Origin: an uncultured Flavobacteriales bacterium
GTDB lineage: Bacteria; Pseudomonadota; Alphaproteobacteria; UBA8366; JADFVY01
DNA: 64,000 nt
Direction of reading: 5' to 3'
Assembly (NCBI GenBank): GCA_964347475.1
Contig: CAYFYY010000004.1
Coordinates: 15,997-79,996 of the forward strand
This document shows positions 26,706 to 34,989 of this stretch, piece by piece. Position numbers and translations under genes: made by a program. The notes beneath the pieces were generated by a model that did not search any database, was not told where the DNA came from, and saw only the letters and a list, made by a program, of their open reading frames with translations. Positions within the stretch are counted from its first letter, which is position 1; each line of letters opens with the position of its first letter.

Positions 26706-28385
26706 TCAGGCGCTGCGGACCTCACCCAGGAATCTCTCGACCTCGCGGCGCAGTCCCTCAGCCTGCTGCGCCATCTGCTGCGACGCACTCAGTACCTGTC
26801 CCGCTGCCAGGCCGGTTTCACCAACTGCCTTGGAGACGCTTTCGATATTCTGGTTCACGTCCTGGGTGCCGCGCGCCGCCTGCTGGACGTTGCGGGCGAT
26901 TTCCTTTGTCGAGATCCCTTGCTGTTCGACCGCGGACGAAATGGTTGTCGCGATTTCGTTGACCTCGCCGATGATCGCGCGAATCTTCCCGATCGCGCCG
27001 ACCGCGTCGGTGGTTTCCTCCTGCACGGAAGCGATCTGCTGCGAAATTTCCTCGGTTGCGCGTGCGGTCTGGTTGGCAAGGTTCTTGACCTCCTGGGCGA
27101 CGACGGCGAAGCCCTTGCCGGCCTCGCCGGCGCGGGCCGCCTCAATGGTCGCATTGAGGGCAAGAAGGTTTGTCTGTCCGGCTATGTCACTGATCAGTTT
27201 CACGACGTCGCCGATCTTCTCCGCTGCTTCAGCCAGCCCCTGAACCGTCGTGTTGGTCGCCTCGGCTTCGGCAACCGCGTTCTGCGCGATCTTCGCGGAC
27301 TGCATGACCTGGCGGCCAATCTCCGCGATCGAAGCAGACAACTCCTCCGCCGTTGCGGCTACCGTCTGTACATTTGCGGCAGCCTCCTCGGACGCAGTGG
27401 CCACGTTGGTCGACTGGCGGTTTGTCTGTTCCGCCGTTGCCGACATTTGCTGCGCCGTCACCTGCATCTGCGTCGCGGCGGAGGACACGCCTTCCACGAC
27501 CTTCTTGACCTGCACTTCGAAACGGTCCGCCATCTCGCGAACGGTCTGGCGCCGCTCCTCGGACGCGCGCTGCTGGGAGGCCGCCTGGACCTCCTCAAGC
27601 CGCCGCTTATCCACCGCGTTGTCCTTGAATATCTGCACCGCGCGTGCCATGTCGGCGACCTCGTCGCTCCCGTCCTGCCCAGACACGGCGACATCGGTAT
27701 TGCCGGCGGCGATTTCCGTCATGACCTGCGTAAGGCGCGAAATCGGGCGCGTGATGGTGCCGCCGACGAAGTACAAGACAAGGACCAGCGCTCCGGCGAA
27801 GACTCCCCCCATAACCAGGGCGATCTGCGACGAATCGGCAACCTCGTCGTTCAGCGCCTCGCTCGAGCGGGCCACGTCCAGCACCACCAGATTCTGGAGT
27901 TCCGCCAGGAGATCAACAAGACCTTCGCCGTATTCGTCGATATCGTCGTCGAACCGGGCAAAATCCTGACCGCCCCCGCTTTCGATCGCTTGCACGAGTT
28001 CGAACCGGATCACGCGGTCCGCAATATTGGTCAGCTCGGCAACCTCCGCCGCAAGTTCCGGCTTGTTTGCCCGTTCGGCAACGGCATCGACGATGTGCTG
28101 GTTATCCCGCAACTCACTGATGCCCCGATCCATCTTTTCGAGGCGTTCCTCGTAGACGTAGCCTTCGTCCGCATCGACGATCGAATCGGCCGCGGCAAGC
28201 ACCAGCTCGAGGGTGGATACGCGGAGGTCGCCCAGCGTCTGAGCTTCCTGCAGCATCAGCTGGTTGGCATTGGTTACGCGTTTAACGGCGGTGCTCGCGT
28301 CCCAGGCAACGAAAATCAGTGCAAACAGAACGACGACTGCAACCGTCCCCATGAAAACCAGTTTGCGTCTGATGGTCCATTTCAT
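26706..28385 (-). CDS. methyl-accepting chemotaxis protein
   Basis: 559 aa: TM, ligand-binding region, TM, HAMP, and a highly conserved signalling hairpin ([37 protein letters not shown]). Confidence 0.92.
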   Translation of the reverse strand: MKWTIRRKLVFMGTVAVVVLFALIFVAWDASTAVKRVTNANQLMLQEAQTLGDLRVSTLELVLAAADSIVDADEGYVYEERLEKMDRGISELRDNQHIVDAVAERANKPELAAEVAELTNIADRVIRFELVQAIESGGGQDFARFDDDIDEYGEGLVDLLAELQNLVVLDVARSSEALNDEVADSSQIALVMGGVFAGALVLVLYFVGGTITRPISRLTQVMTEIAAGNTDVAVSGQDGSDEVADMARAVQIFKDNAVDKRRLEEVQAASQQRASEERRQTVREMADRFEVQVKKVVEGVSSAATQMQVTAQQMSATAEQTNRQSTNVATASEEAAANVQTVAATAEELSASIAEIGRQVMQSAKIAQNAVAEAEATNTTVQGLAEAAEKIGDVVKLISDIAGQTNLLALNATIEAARAGEAGKGFAVVAQEVKNLANQTARATEEISQQIASVQEETTDAVGAIGKIRAIIGEVNEIATTISSAVEQQGISTKEIARNVQQAARGTQDVNQNIESVSKAVGETGLAAGQVLSASQQMAQQAEGLRREVERFLGEVRSA

Positions 28386-28570
28386 TGCTCGAGCTCCGGC
28401 CGGAACGCCAACGGGAGCCCCTTAGACGGGCTCACTCGATTGTCGATGCGCGCGGGACCCCGCCCCACCATACCGGTGGCGCGGCCGGTCCTGTGACGGC
28501 GATGATTGGCCTGCGGGGCTTAAGATCGGGTTAACCGGCGTCTCGCGAGCTCGATGCCGTTGCCCGGCCG

Positions 28571-29782
28571 TTAGCCGACGAGAGCGACCGCGCCGGACGC
28601 GGCGAGGGCCTCGATCTCGTCGCGGCCAAAACCGTGTTCCGACAGCACCTCGGCCGTGTGTTGGCCATATACCGGCGCACCGCGGACAACGCCGCCGGGG
28701 GTTCCGGAAAACTTGACCGGAAGGCCGAGGGTCTTGACCGGCCCAAGGCGCGCATGTTCGGCTTCCGTTACCATCTCCCGCGCCAAAACCTGCGGGTCGC
28801 GATGCATGGCGCCGATATCGAGAACGGGCCCCGCTGGCAGCCCCGCCGCCTCGAATCGGGCCAGCCATTCCTCGGTGGTTCGGTCGGCCAGGTAGCCCTC
28901 CAGCGCAGCAGCCAGCTCGTCGAGATGGGAGATGCGGTCGACGTTCTCCGTGAATCGCTCGTCCTCCGCCAGATCTTGCGCATCGAGAGCATCGAGAAGG
29001 CGCAACCAATTCGCCTGGTTGGCGGCCCCGACATTAACCCAGCCGTCCTTCGTCCGCAGCGCCTGGTAGGGCGCATTCAACGGATGTGCCGATCCCATCG
29101 GCCCCGGCGATTCACCGGTGGCGAAGGCGATGGCCGATTGCCAGTAGGTATGGGTGATCGCCGCTTCGAACAACGAGGTATCGACACGCTGCCCCTCGCC
29201 GGTTCGCAGCGCACTCACATAGGCGGAGACCACACCCATCGCGCCGAGAATGCCGGCAGTGATGTCGCTCACAGGGGCCCCGACCTTGACTGGCGGTCGG
29301 CCAGGGCCCTCGCCGGTGATGCTCATCAGGCCCGACATGCCCTGTGCGATCAGATCGAAGCCGCCACGGTCGGCATAGGGGCCGGTGCGCCCGAAACCGG
29401 AGATCTCGCAGTAAATAAGCCGAGGGTTGTCCTTCTTCAGCTCGTCGTATCCGAGCCCCAGCCGCTCCATGGTGCCGCGCCGGTAATTCTCGATGACGAC
29501 GTCGGCATCGTGCAGCAACCTGCGCAGCACCACCTTGCCTCGCGCGTCCTTCAGGTTGACGGCAACGCCCCGCTTGTTACGGTTCATCATCATGAAGGCC
29601 GCGGATTCGCCGTCGACCTCCGGCGGCACCGAGCGGCGTGTGTCGTCGCCGCCGGGCATCTTCTCCACCTTGATGACGTCCGCTCCCATGTCGGCGAGCA
29701 TCAGGCCGCAGACCGGGCCGGCCATGATGTGCGCCAGTTCGATGACCTTCATACCCTGCAAAGGACCGCGGCGTTCGGTCAT
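28571..29782 (-). CDS. CaiB/BaiF family (class III) CoA-transferase
   Basis: From the ATG at 29782 the sequence reads MTERRGPLQGMKVIELAHIMAGPVCGLMLADMGADVIKVE, the typical family III CoA-transferase N-terminus. The longer ORF start at 29863 would overlap the upstream gene. Confidence 0.9.
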   Translation of the reverse strand: MTERRGPLQGMKVIELAHIMAGPVCGLMLADMGADVIKVEKMPGGDDTRRSVPPEVDGESAAFMMMNRNKRGVAVNLKDARGKVVLRRLLHDADVVIENYRRGTMERLGLGYDELKKDNPRLIYCEISGFGRTGPYADRGGFDLIAQGMSGLMSITGEGPGRPPVKVGAPVSDITAGILGAMGVVSAYVSALRTGEGQRVDTSLFEAAITHTYWQSAIAFATGESPGPMGSAHPLNAPYQALRTKDGWVNVGAANQANWLRLLDALDAQDLAEDERFTENVDRISHLDELAAALEGYLADRTTEEWLARFEAAGLPAGPVLDIGAMHRDPQVLAREMVTEAEHARLGPVKTLGLPVKFSGTPGGVVRGAPVYGQHTAEVLSEHGFGRDEIEALAASGAVALVG

Positions 29783-29784
29783 GC

Positions 29785-30567
29785 TCAGCGCCCCTTGAAC
29801 GCCGGCTTGATCTTGTCCAGGAACGACTGGTAGCCGATCCGGAAATCCTCTGTGCCATAGCACGCATAGCCTTCATCGCGTTCTTCTGCGGTGAGCGGCG
29901 TGGAATCTTCCAGGCGTTCGGCGAACTTCTTGTGCCAGCGAGCAACCAGTGGGGCGCCTTCGGCGATCCGCTGCGCCGCCGCGTAGGCCTCCTCTTCGAC
30001 CTTGTCGTCCGGCACGACCCGCGTGACGATGCCCTTTTCCTTTGCTTCCGCCGCGCCGAAGACCCGGCCCTCCAGGAGAATCTCGAGGGCAACCGAGCGG
30101 CCTACAAGGCGGATCAGCGCAGCAATTTCCGGATGGGCCATGACCAGCCCGAGTTGCTTGATCGGCACGCCGAAGCGGCTTGATTCGCCGCAAATGCGCA
30201 GGTCGCACAAACCAGCGATTTCCATGCCCCCGCCGACGCAGATTCCCTCGATGAGGGCCACCGTCGGGTGGCGGCATCCGCCAAGCGCTCTGAGCGTACG
30301 GTGGAGGATGTCCCCATAGGCCTTGGCCTGTTCCGGGTTCGAGCGATCGGTCGCGAATTCTGAGATGTCGTTGCCCGGCGAAAACGCCTTGCCGCCGGCG
30401 CCGCGCAGCACGATACAGCGGAGGTCATCATCTGCAGCCAACTCATCCATGACTTTGCCAAGGCGCAGCCACATTGGCTTCGTCATGGCATTCAGCTTTT
30501 CCGGGCGGTTCAGCGTGACCGTCGCGATATGGCCATCGCGGCGGACCAGGATGGTCTCATTCAACAT
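29785..30567 (-). CDS. enoyl-CoA hydratase/isomerase (crotonase) family protein
   Basis: 260 aa with crotonase-fold signatures (VTLNRPEKLNAM, LRGAGGKAFSPGNDI, GICVGGGMEIA). Confidence 0.9.
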   Translation of the reverse strand: MLNETILVRRDGHIATVTLNRPEKLNAMTKPMWLRLGKVMDELAADDDLRCIVLRGAGGKAFSPGNDISEFATDRSNPEQAKAYGDILHRTLRALGGCRHPTVALIEGICVGGGMEIAGLCDLRICGESSRFGVPIKQLGLVMAHPEIAALIRLVGRSVALEILLEGRVFGAAEAKEKGIVTRVVPDDKVEEEAYAAAQRIAEGAPLVARWHKKFAERLEDSTPLTAEERDEGYACYGTEDFRIGYQSFLDKIKPAFKGR

Positions 30568-30580
30568 CGTCGCGTCTTTC

Positions 30581-31864
30581 CTAACGGTAAAACAATTCTA
30601 CCAGAGCCATCGGCACGATCGGAACATAGGTGACCAGCAACAGCACCGCAGCGATGACGCCGATGAAGTATATGTTGACCTTGCTGACGTCCCAGATATT
30701 CGCCTTGGCGACCGCGCAGGCGGTGATGAGCACCGACGCCACCGGCGGTGTCTGTTGCCCGATTCCGAGGTTGAGCGTGACGACAAGCCCGAAATGAACG
30801 GGATCGATGCCGGCAGCATAGACCAGGGGCATCACGATCGGCACGACCAGAATGATCGCCGCCGCCGAATGCAGGAACAATCCGATGACCAGGAAGAAAG
30901 CGTTGAGAAGCGCCAGCACCGCATAGCGATTGTCGGTCCAACTCAGGATCGTGGCTGCCAGCTTCTGCGGTACTTGTTGTTCGGTCAGATACACGCCGAC
31001 GAGCGCCGAAGCCGCAACGAGCAGCATGACCACTGCCGTCTGGACACCGCCCTCGATGATGGCGTCGTGCAGATGTCGCCAGTCGAGTTCGCGATAGATC
31101 AGTCCGCCGATGACCAGGGCGGCGACAACCGCAAGTCCGGCTCCTTCCGTCGCCGTCACGAAACCACCGAAGATTCCCCCAAGGATTATGAATGGCAGCA
31201 GGAATGCCCAGGCTGCATCCTTGAATGTCTGCCAGAGCCGCTTGAGTTGAAAGATCTCCTCGACGGGATAATTGTGGCGGCGCGCGAACCAGTATGAAAC
31301 GGCCATCATACCGACTCCACCGATGATCCCCGGGATGATTCCGGCAACAAAGAGCTGGACCACGGAGCTATCCGACATCACTGCATAAAGGATCATCGGG
31401 ATCGACGGAGGAATAATCACCGCGATCGTTGCCGAAGACGACGTCACGGCCGCCGCGAAGGGTGTCGGATAGCCTTTCCGCTTCATGGCAGGGATCAGGA
31501 TCGAGCCCAGCGCCGCGACATCGGCGACCGCGGATCCAGAGATCTCTGCGAAAAACATCGAAGCGGCGATGTTTACCATCGCCAGCCCGCCGCGGACGAA
31601 TCCCAGCAGCGCAGAAGCAAACGCGATCAGCCGCCGGGAGATCCCCGACGAATTCATGATTGCGCCGGCAAGAATGAACATCGGGATCGCAAGGAGGGGG
31701 AACTTGGTTGCGCCGTCATACATGACAAGCGCAACGTTCGGCAGCAGATCGGGGCCTCCGGTGGCGAGCATGGCGACGACGGCGACAGTCGCTAGCGCAA
31801 TGGCGATTGGCACGTTGATCAGGATCAGGGCGATAAGCCCCACAAGCATCAGCAACAACGTCAC
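30581..31864 (-). CDS. dctM: TRAP transporter large permease subunit
   Basis: 427-aa polytopic DctM-type protein. It overlaps dctQ by 4 nt. Confidence 0.93.
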   Translation of the reverse strand: MTLLLMLVGLIALILINVPIAIALATVAVVAMLATGGPDLLPNVALVMYDGATKFPLLAIPMFILAGAIMNSSGISRRLIAFASALLGFVRGGLAMVNIAASMFFAEISGSAVADVAALGSILIPAMKRKGYPTPFAAAVTSSSATIAVIIPPSIPMILYAVMSDSSVVQLFVAGIIPGIIGGVGMMAVSYWFARRHNYPVEEIFQLKRLWQTFKDAAWAFLLPFIILGGIFGGFVTATEGAGLAVVAALVIGGLIYRELDWRHLHDAIIEGGVQTAVVMLLVAASALVGVYLTEQQVPQKLAATILSWTDNRYAVLALLNAFFLVIGLFLHSAAAIILVVPIVMPLVYAAGIDPVHFGLVVTLNLGIGQQTPPVASVLITACAVAKANIWDVSKVNIYFIGVIAAVLLLVTYVPIVPMALVELFYR

Positions 31865-32412
31865 GAATCGGGACTCCCATGCGCGGCACCGGCGCCAGGC
31901 GCAGGTTGTCCTGGCTCATCGTGGAGCTTGCGCCCGTCGCGAACCCTCTGCCAGGTCTCCGGAAGGCTGAGGGCCTCGCCGATCATGAACAAGACGGCGC
32001 CGATCGGGATCACCGACTGCGTGAACTGGACGGGCACCTGGGGCAGGCTGACCAGCGTGTCGCCTTGCAGGAACTGCAGGATGAACCAGCCGATCCAAGC
32101 CAGCAAACCGAAGAACCCGAACACGACGATCTCGGAGAGAACCAGGAATACGAGACCCATGCGTGGCGGCACCGCCTCCACGATTCCTTCGAAGCCGATG
32201 TGGTTTCGCTTAAGCGCAGCAAGAGCAGCACAATAGTAGGTCAGCCATGCAAGCATGATCGATGCGACTTCGTCGTACCAGACCAGGGATGCGCCCGCCT
32301 TGCGGTACACAACCGCGACGACCACCACTGCGGTAAGCGAAACCATCAGGAAGATCGTAACAGCCTCGAGAGCACGTTCGAATATTCGACGCGCAAGCGC
32401 GAGCGTCACCAT
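31861..32412 (-). CDS. dctQ: TRAP transporter small permease subunit
   Basis: A four-TM small protein. The start is set at the ATG at 32412, preceded by GGAGGGAGG. Confidence 0.85.
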   Translation of the reverse strand: MVTLALARRIFERALEAVTIFLMVSLTAVVVVAVVYRKAGASLVWYDEVASIMLAWLTYYCAALAALKRNHIGFEGIVEAVPPRMGLVFLVLSEIVVFGFFGLLAWIGWFILQFLQGDTLVSLPQVPVQFTQSVIPIGAVLFMIGEALSLPETWQRVRDGRKLHDEPGQPAPGAGAAHGSPDS

Positions 32413-32490
32413 TGGGACCTCCCTCCACCCGGTCGGCAAAAGCCCCCGTCCGGACGCGCAGGTCCGGGCCGGGGGCTTCAGTCGTACCGA

Positions 32491-33474
32491 TTACGAGCCT
32501 TCGGCCAGGCTCAATGCTTTATCGACCAGCTCCTTGCCACCCGGCACGGTGGAGGCAAACTCACTGTAAATTGCGCCGCTGGCATCGATGAAGGCCTGTT
32601 TGTCGGCCTCGTTCACCTGGATGCCACCTGCCTTGAGCTTGGCGAGAAGGTCGTCCTCCATTGCGGCCGCCTTCTCGTAAACGAATGCTTGCGTTTCCTT
32701 GGCGACTTCCTCGAGCGCCGTGCGGATGTCGGCAGGCAACTTCGCCCAACGCGCCTTGCCCACCGTAACGTAGGCCGGTGTGTATACATGGCCGGTCAGC
32801 GACATATACTTCTGCACTTCCTGGAATTTTGCGCTGTAAATCTGCGCGAAGGGATTCTCCTGGCCATCGATGACGCCGGTCTGGAGCGCAGTGAACACCT
32901 CGGAGAACGCCATCGGTGTCGGGTTCGCGCCGTAGGTCTGGAACATCTTGACCCGCCAAGCGCCCTTCGGCGTGCGCAGCTTGATACCTTGCAGATCGGC
33001 CGGCTTTTCGATCGGCCGCTGGTTGTTGGTAATGTGCCGGAATCCGTTCTCCCATACCGCGATTATCTTGTACCCCTTGGACTCGGCCGCTGGCGCAAGC
33101 TTTGCCCAGAAGATCTCGCTCTCGATGCGGTTCATGTGATTGCGGTTCTTCACGAGATACGGCATCTCAAAGAGGCCGAATTCATCGGTCACGGTCGACA
33201 TAACGGTCGACGGAAGCGCGAAATCGACCGTGCCGAGCTTCAGCTTCTGCAACAGTTCCTGGTCCTTGCCGAGCTGGCTGGAGCCGAACACTTCGACCCT
33301 GGCCCGTCCGGCCAGCCGTTCATTGGCGCGGCGGGCGAACTCGTTCGCCGAGATGTCAAACAACGAGCCCGGCGCACCAACATGTCCGAACTTGAGAGCA
33401 AGCTCTTCCGCGGCAGCCGGGCCGGCGATGCCGACCGCGAGCGCCAAACATGCGATTAGTTTCAAAAGTCTCAT
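32491..33474 (-). CDS. dctP: TRAP transporter substrate-binding protein (DctP family)
   Basis: 327 aa with a signal peptide and DctP-family sequence (LKFGHVGAPGS, FGLFEMPYL, TPKGAWRVKMFQ). Confidence 0.93.
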   Translation of the reverse strand: MRLLKLIACLALAVGIAGPAAAEELALKFGHVGAPGSLFDISANEFARRANERLAGRARVEVFGSSQLGKDQELLQKLKLGTVDFALPSTVMSTVTDEFGLFEMPYLVKNRNHMNRIESEIFWAKLAPAAESKGYKIIAVWENGFRHITNNQRPIEKPADLQGIKLRTPKGAWRVKMFQTYGANPTPMAFSEVFTALQTGVIDGQENPFAQIYSAKFQEVQKYMSLTGHVYTPAYVTVGKARWAKLPADIRTALEEVAKETQAFVYEKAAAMEDDLLAKLKAGGIQVNEADKQAFIDASGAIYSEFASTVPGGKELVDKALSLAEGS

Positions 33475-33551
33475 CTTTTCCTCCTTATTTCTTGCGTTAT
33501 TGTTCTTGGTTGTTCTCCTGACTCGGCCGGCCGGCCGAGGCTCGATTACAC

Positions 33552-34730
33552 CTAAGCGTTACGGCGCTCCGACAAAAACGCCATCGCAGCCATAACACCG
33601 CCTTTGTTGTGCGGGGTCCCCGCAACTTCCAGCCCCATTTCGACGCCCGCCAGGCTTCCCATCAGCATGAGGTCGTTGAACGCGCCGAGGTGGCCGATTC
33701 GGAAAATCTTGTCGGCGACTTTGCCAAGGCCCGAGCCAAGCGACATGTCGAAGCGACCCAGAATTGTCTTGCGCAATTCATCCGCACTGTGACCTTCAGG
33801 CATGACCACCGCGGTCAACGAATCGCTGTATTCGTCCTCCTTGACGCAGAGGATCTCCAGACCCCAGGAGCGCACCGCACGGCGCGTCGCTTCCGCAAGC
33901 CGGCAATGCCGGGCGAAGACCGCATCCAGGCCTTCCTCTTCCAACAGCATCTTCAACGCTTCGCGAAGACCATAAAGCAAATTCGTGGCCGGCGTGTAGG
34001 GGAAAAATCCCTTCTTGGCCGGCCCCAACATCTCTGCCCACGACCAATAGGATCTTGGCATGGTTGAGGCCTCCGACGCCTTCAGCGCCTTCGCGCTGAT
34101 GGCGTTGAAGCCGAGACCAGGAGGCAGCATCAGACCCTTTTGCGAACCGCCGACGGTAACGTCGACACCCCATGCGTCGTGGCGGTAGTCGATGGACGCC
34201 AGCGACGAGATCGTGTCGACCATCAGCAATGCCGGATGACGGGCCGAGTCGATCGCCCTGCGCACCGCCGGAACGTTGCTCGTCACGCCGGTCGACGTTT
34301 CGTTGTGGACCACGCACACGGCCTTGATTTCTTGACTCCTGTCCTCGGCGAGCCGGGCCTCGATCGCACCGGCATCGACGCCGCGCCGCCAGTCTCCCGG
34401 TAGCAGCTCCACCTCGAGGCCCAGACGGCCTGCGAGTTGCGACCATAACGTTGCGAAATGCCCGGTTTCGTACATCAATACGCGGTCGCCCGGCGACAGG
34501 GAATTGACCAACGCCGCTTCCCAAGCGCCGGTCCCCGATCCCGGGTAGATGACGACCTCGCCCTCGGTCTGGAAGACGCGTTTCATGCCTGCCACGACTT
34601 CAAGCCCAAGCGCAGCGAATTCCGGCCCGCGATGATCGATTGTCGGATTGTCCATTGCCCGAAGAATGCGGTCTGGCACATTCGTTGGGCCCGGAATTTG
34701 CAGGAAATGCCGCCCACTATGGAACGCCAT
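33552..34730 (-). CDS. class V aminotransferase (alanine/serine--glyoxylate aminotransferase family)
   Basis: From the ATG at 34730 (GGGAG RBS) the sequence reads MAFHSGRHFLQIPGPTNVPDRILRAM. The PLP-lysine region is GGSQKGLMLPPG. Confidence 0.88.
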   Translation of the reverse strand: MAFHSGRHFLQIPGPTNVPDRILRAMDNPTIDHRGPEFAALGLEVVAGMKRVFQTEGEVVIYPGSGTGAWEAALVNSLSPGDRVLMYETGHFATLWSQLAGRLGLEVELLPGDWRRGVDAGAIEARLAEDRSQEIKAVCVVHNETSTGVTSNVPAVRRAIDSARHPALLMVDTISSLASIDYRHDAWGVDVTVGGSQKGLMLPPGLGFNAISAKALKASEASTMPRSYWSWAEMLGPAKKGFFPYTPATNLLYGLREALKMLLEEEGLDAVFARHCRLAEATRRAVRSWGLEILCVKEDEYSDSLTAVVMPEGHSADELRKTILGRFDMSLGSGLGKVADKIFRIGHLGAFNDLMLMGSLAGVEMGLEVAGTPHNKGGVMAAMAFLSERRNA

Positions 34731-34787
34731 CCAGAGACTCCCTGTGGCACTTCGGCACTGAGGCACCGATGTTAATTTTCACAATTT

Positions 34788-34798
34788 TTGCATACAAT
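34788..34798. promoter_or_regulatory. inverted copy of the ATTGTATGCAA operator-like motif
   Basis: TTGCATACAAT is the reverse complement of the ATTGTATGCAA core of the tandem repeat at 34912-34943. It lies in the AT-rich divergent promoter region. Confidence 0.45.
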
Positions 34799-34911
34799 TT
34801 TAGGGAGTGCAACCGCCCACTCGGGCACATCGCGCAATCACATGATCTTGTCCTTCCTATGCCTTTTTGAGGAGCCGGATCTTACCGGCCTCGATCGCAG
34901 CCTTTCGTGGA

Positions 34912-34943
34912 CCATTGTATGCAATATCCATTGTATGCAATAT
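34912..34943. promoter_or_regulatory. perfect tandem 16-bp direct repeat (CCATTGTATGCAATAT x2), candidate GntR operator pair
   Basis: There are two exact adjacent copies. Each contains the dyad ATTG-N4-CAAT. They lie 47 bp upstream of the oxidase-gntR operon start. Confidence 0.6.
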
Positions 34944-34989
34944 TATGGGCTATAATTAACGAAGTCGGTTAATCTTAGCGGCGATCGGC

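Noticed and set aside
26583-28496. 637-aa plus-strand ORF antisense to the MCP gene
   Set aside because: The minus strand encodes a textbook MCP with the conserved signalling hairpin. The antisense translation is repetitive Leu/Arg/Gly sequence without motifs.
29783-29863. Upstream start (29863) of the CoA-transferase ORF, overlapping the crotonase gene by 79 nt
   Set aside because: The family-typical N-terminus (MKVIELAHIMAGP) begins a few residues after the ATG at 29782, which lies just 2 nt after the crotonase stop. The longer form adds non-conserved sequence.
34912-34943. Tandem 16-bp repeat considered as a mini CRISPR or VNTR
   Set aside because: There are only two abutting copies with no spacers, located in a promoter region next to a regulator gene. 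An operator interpretation is far more likely.
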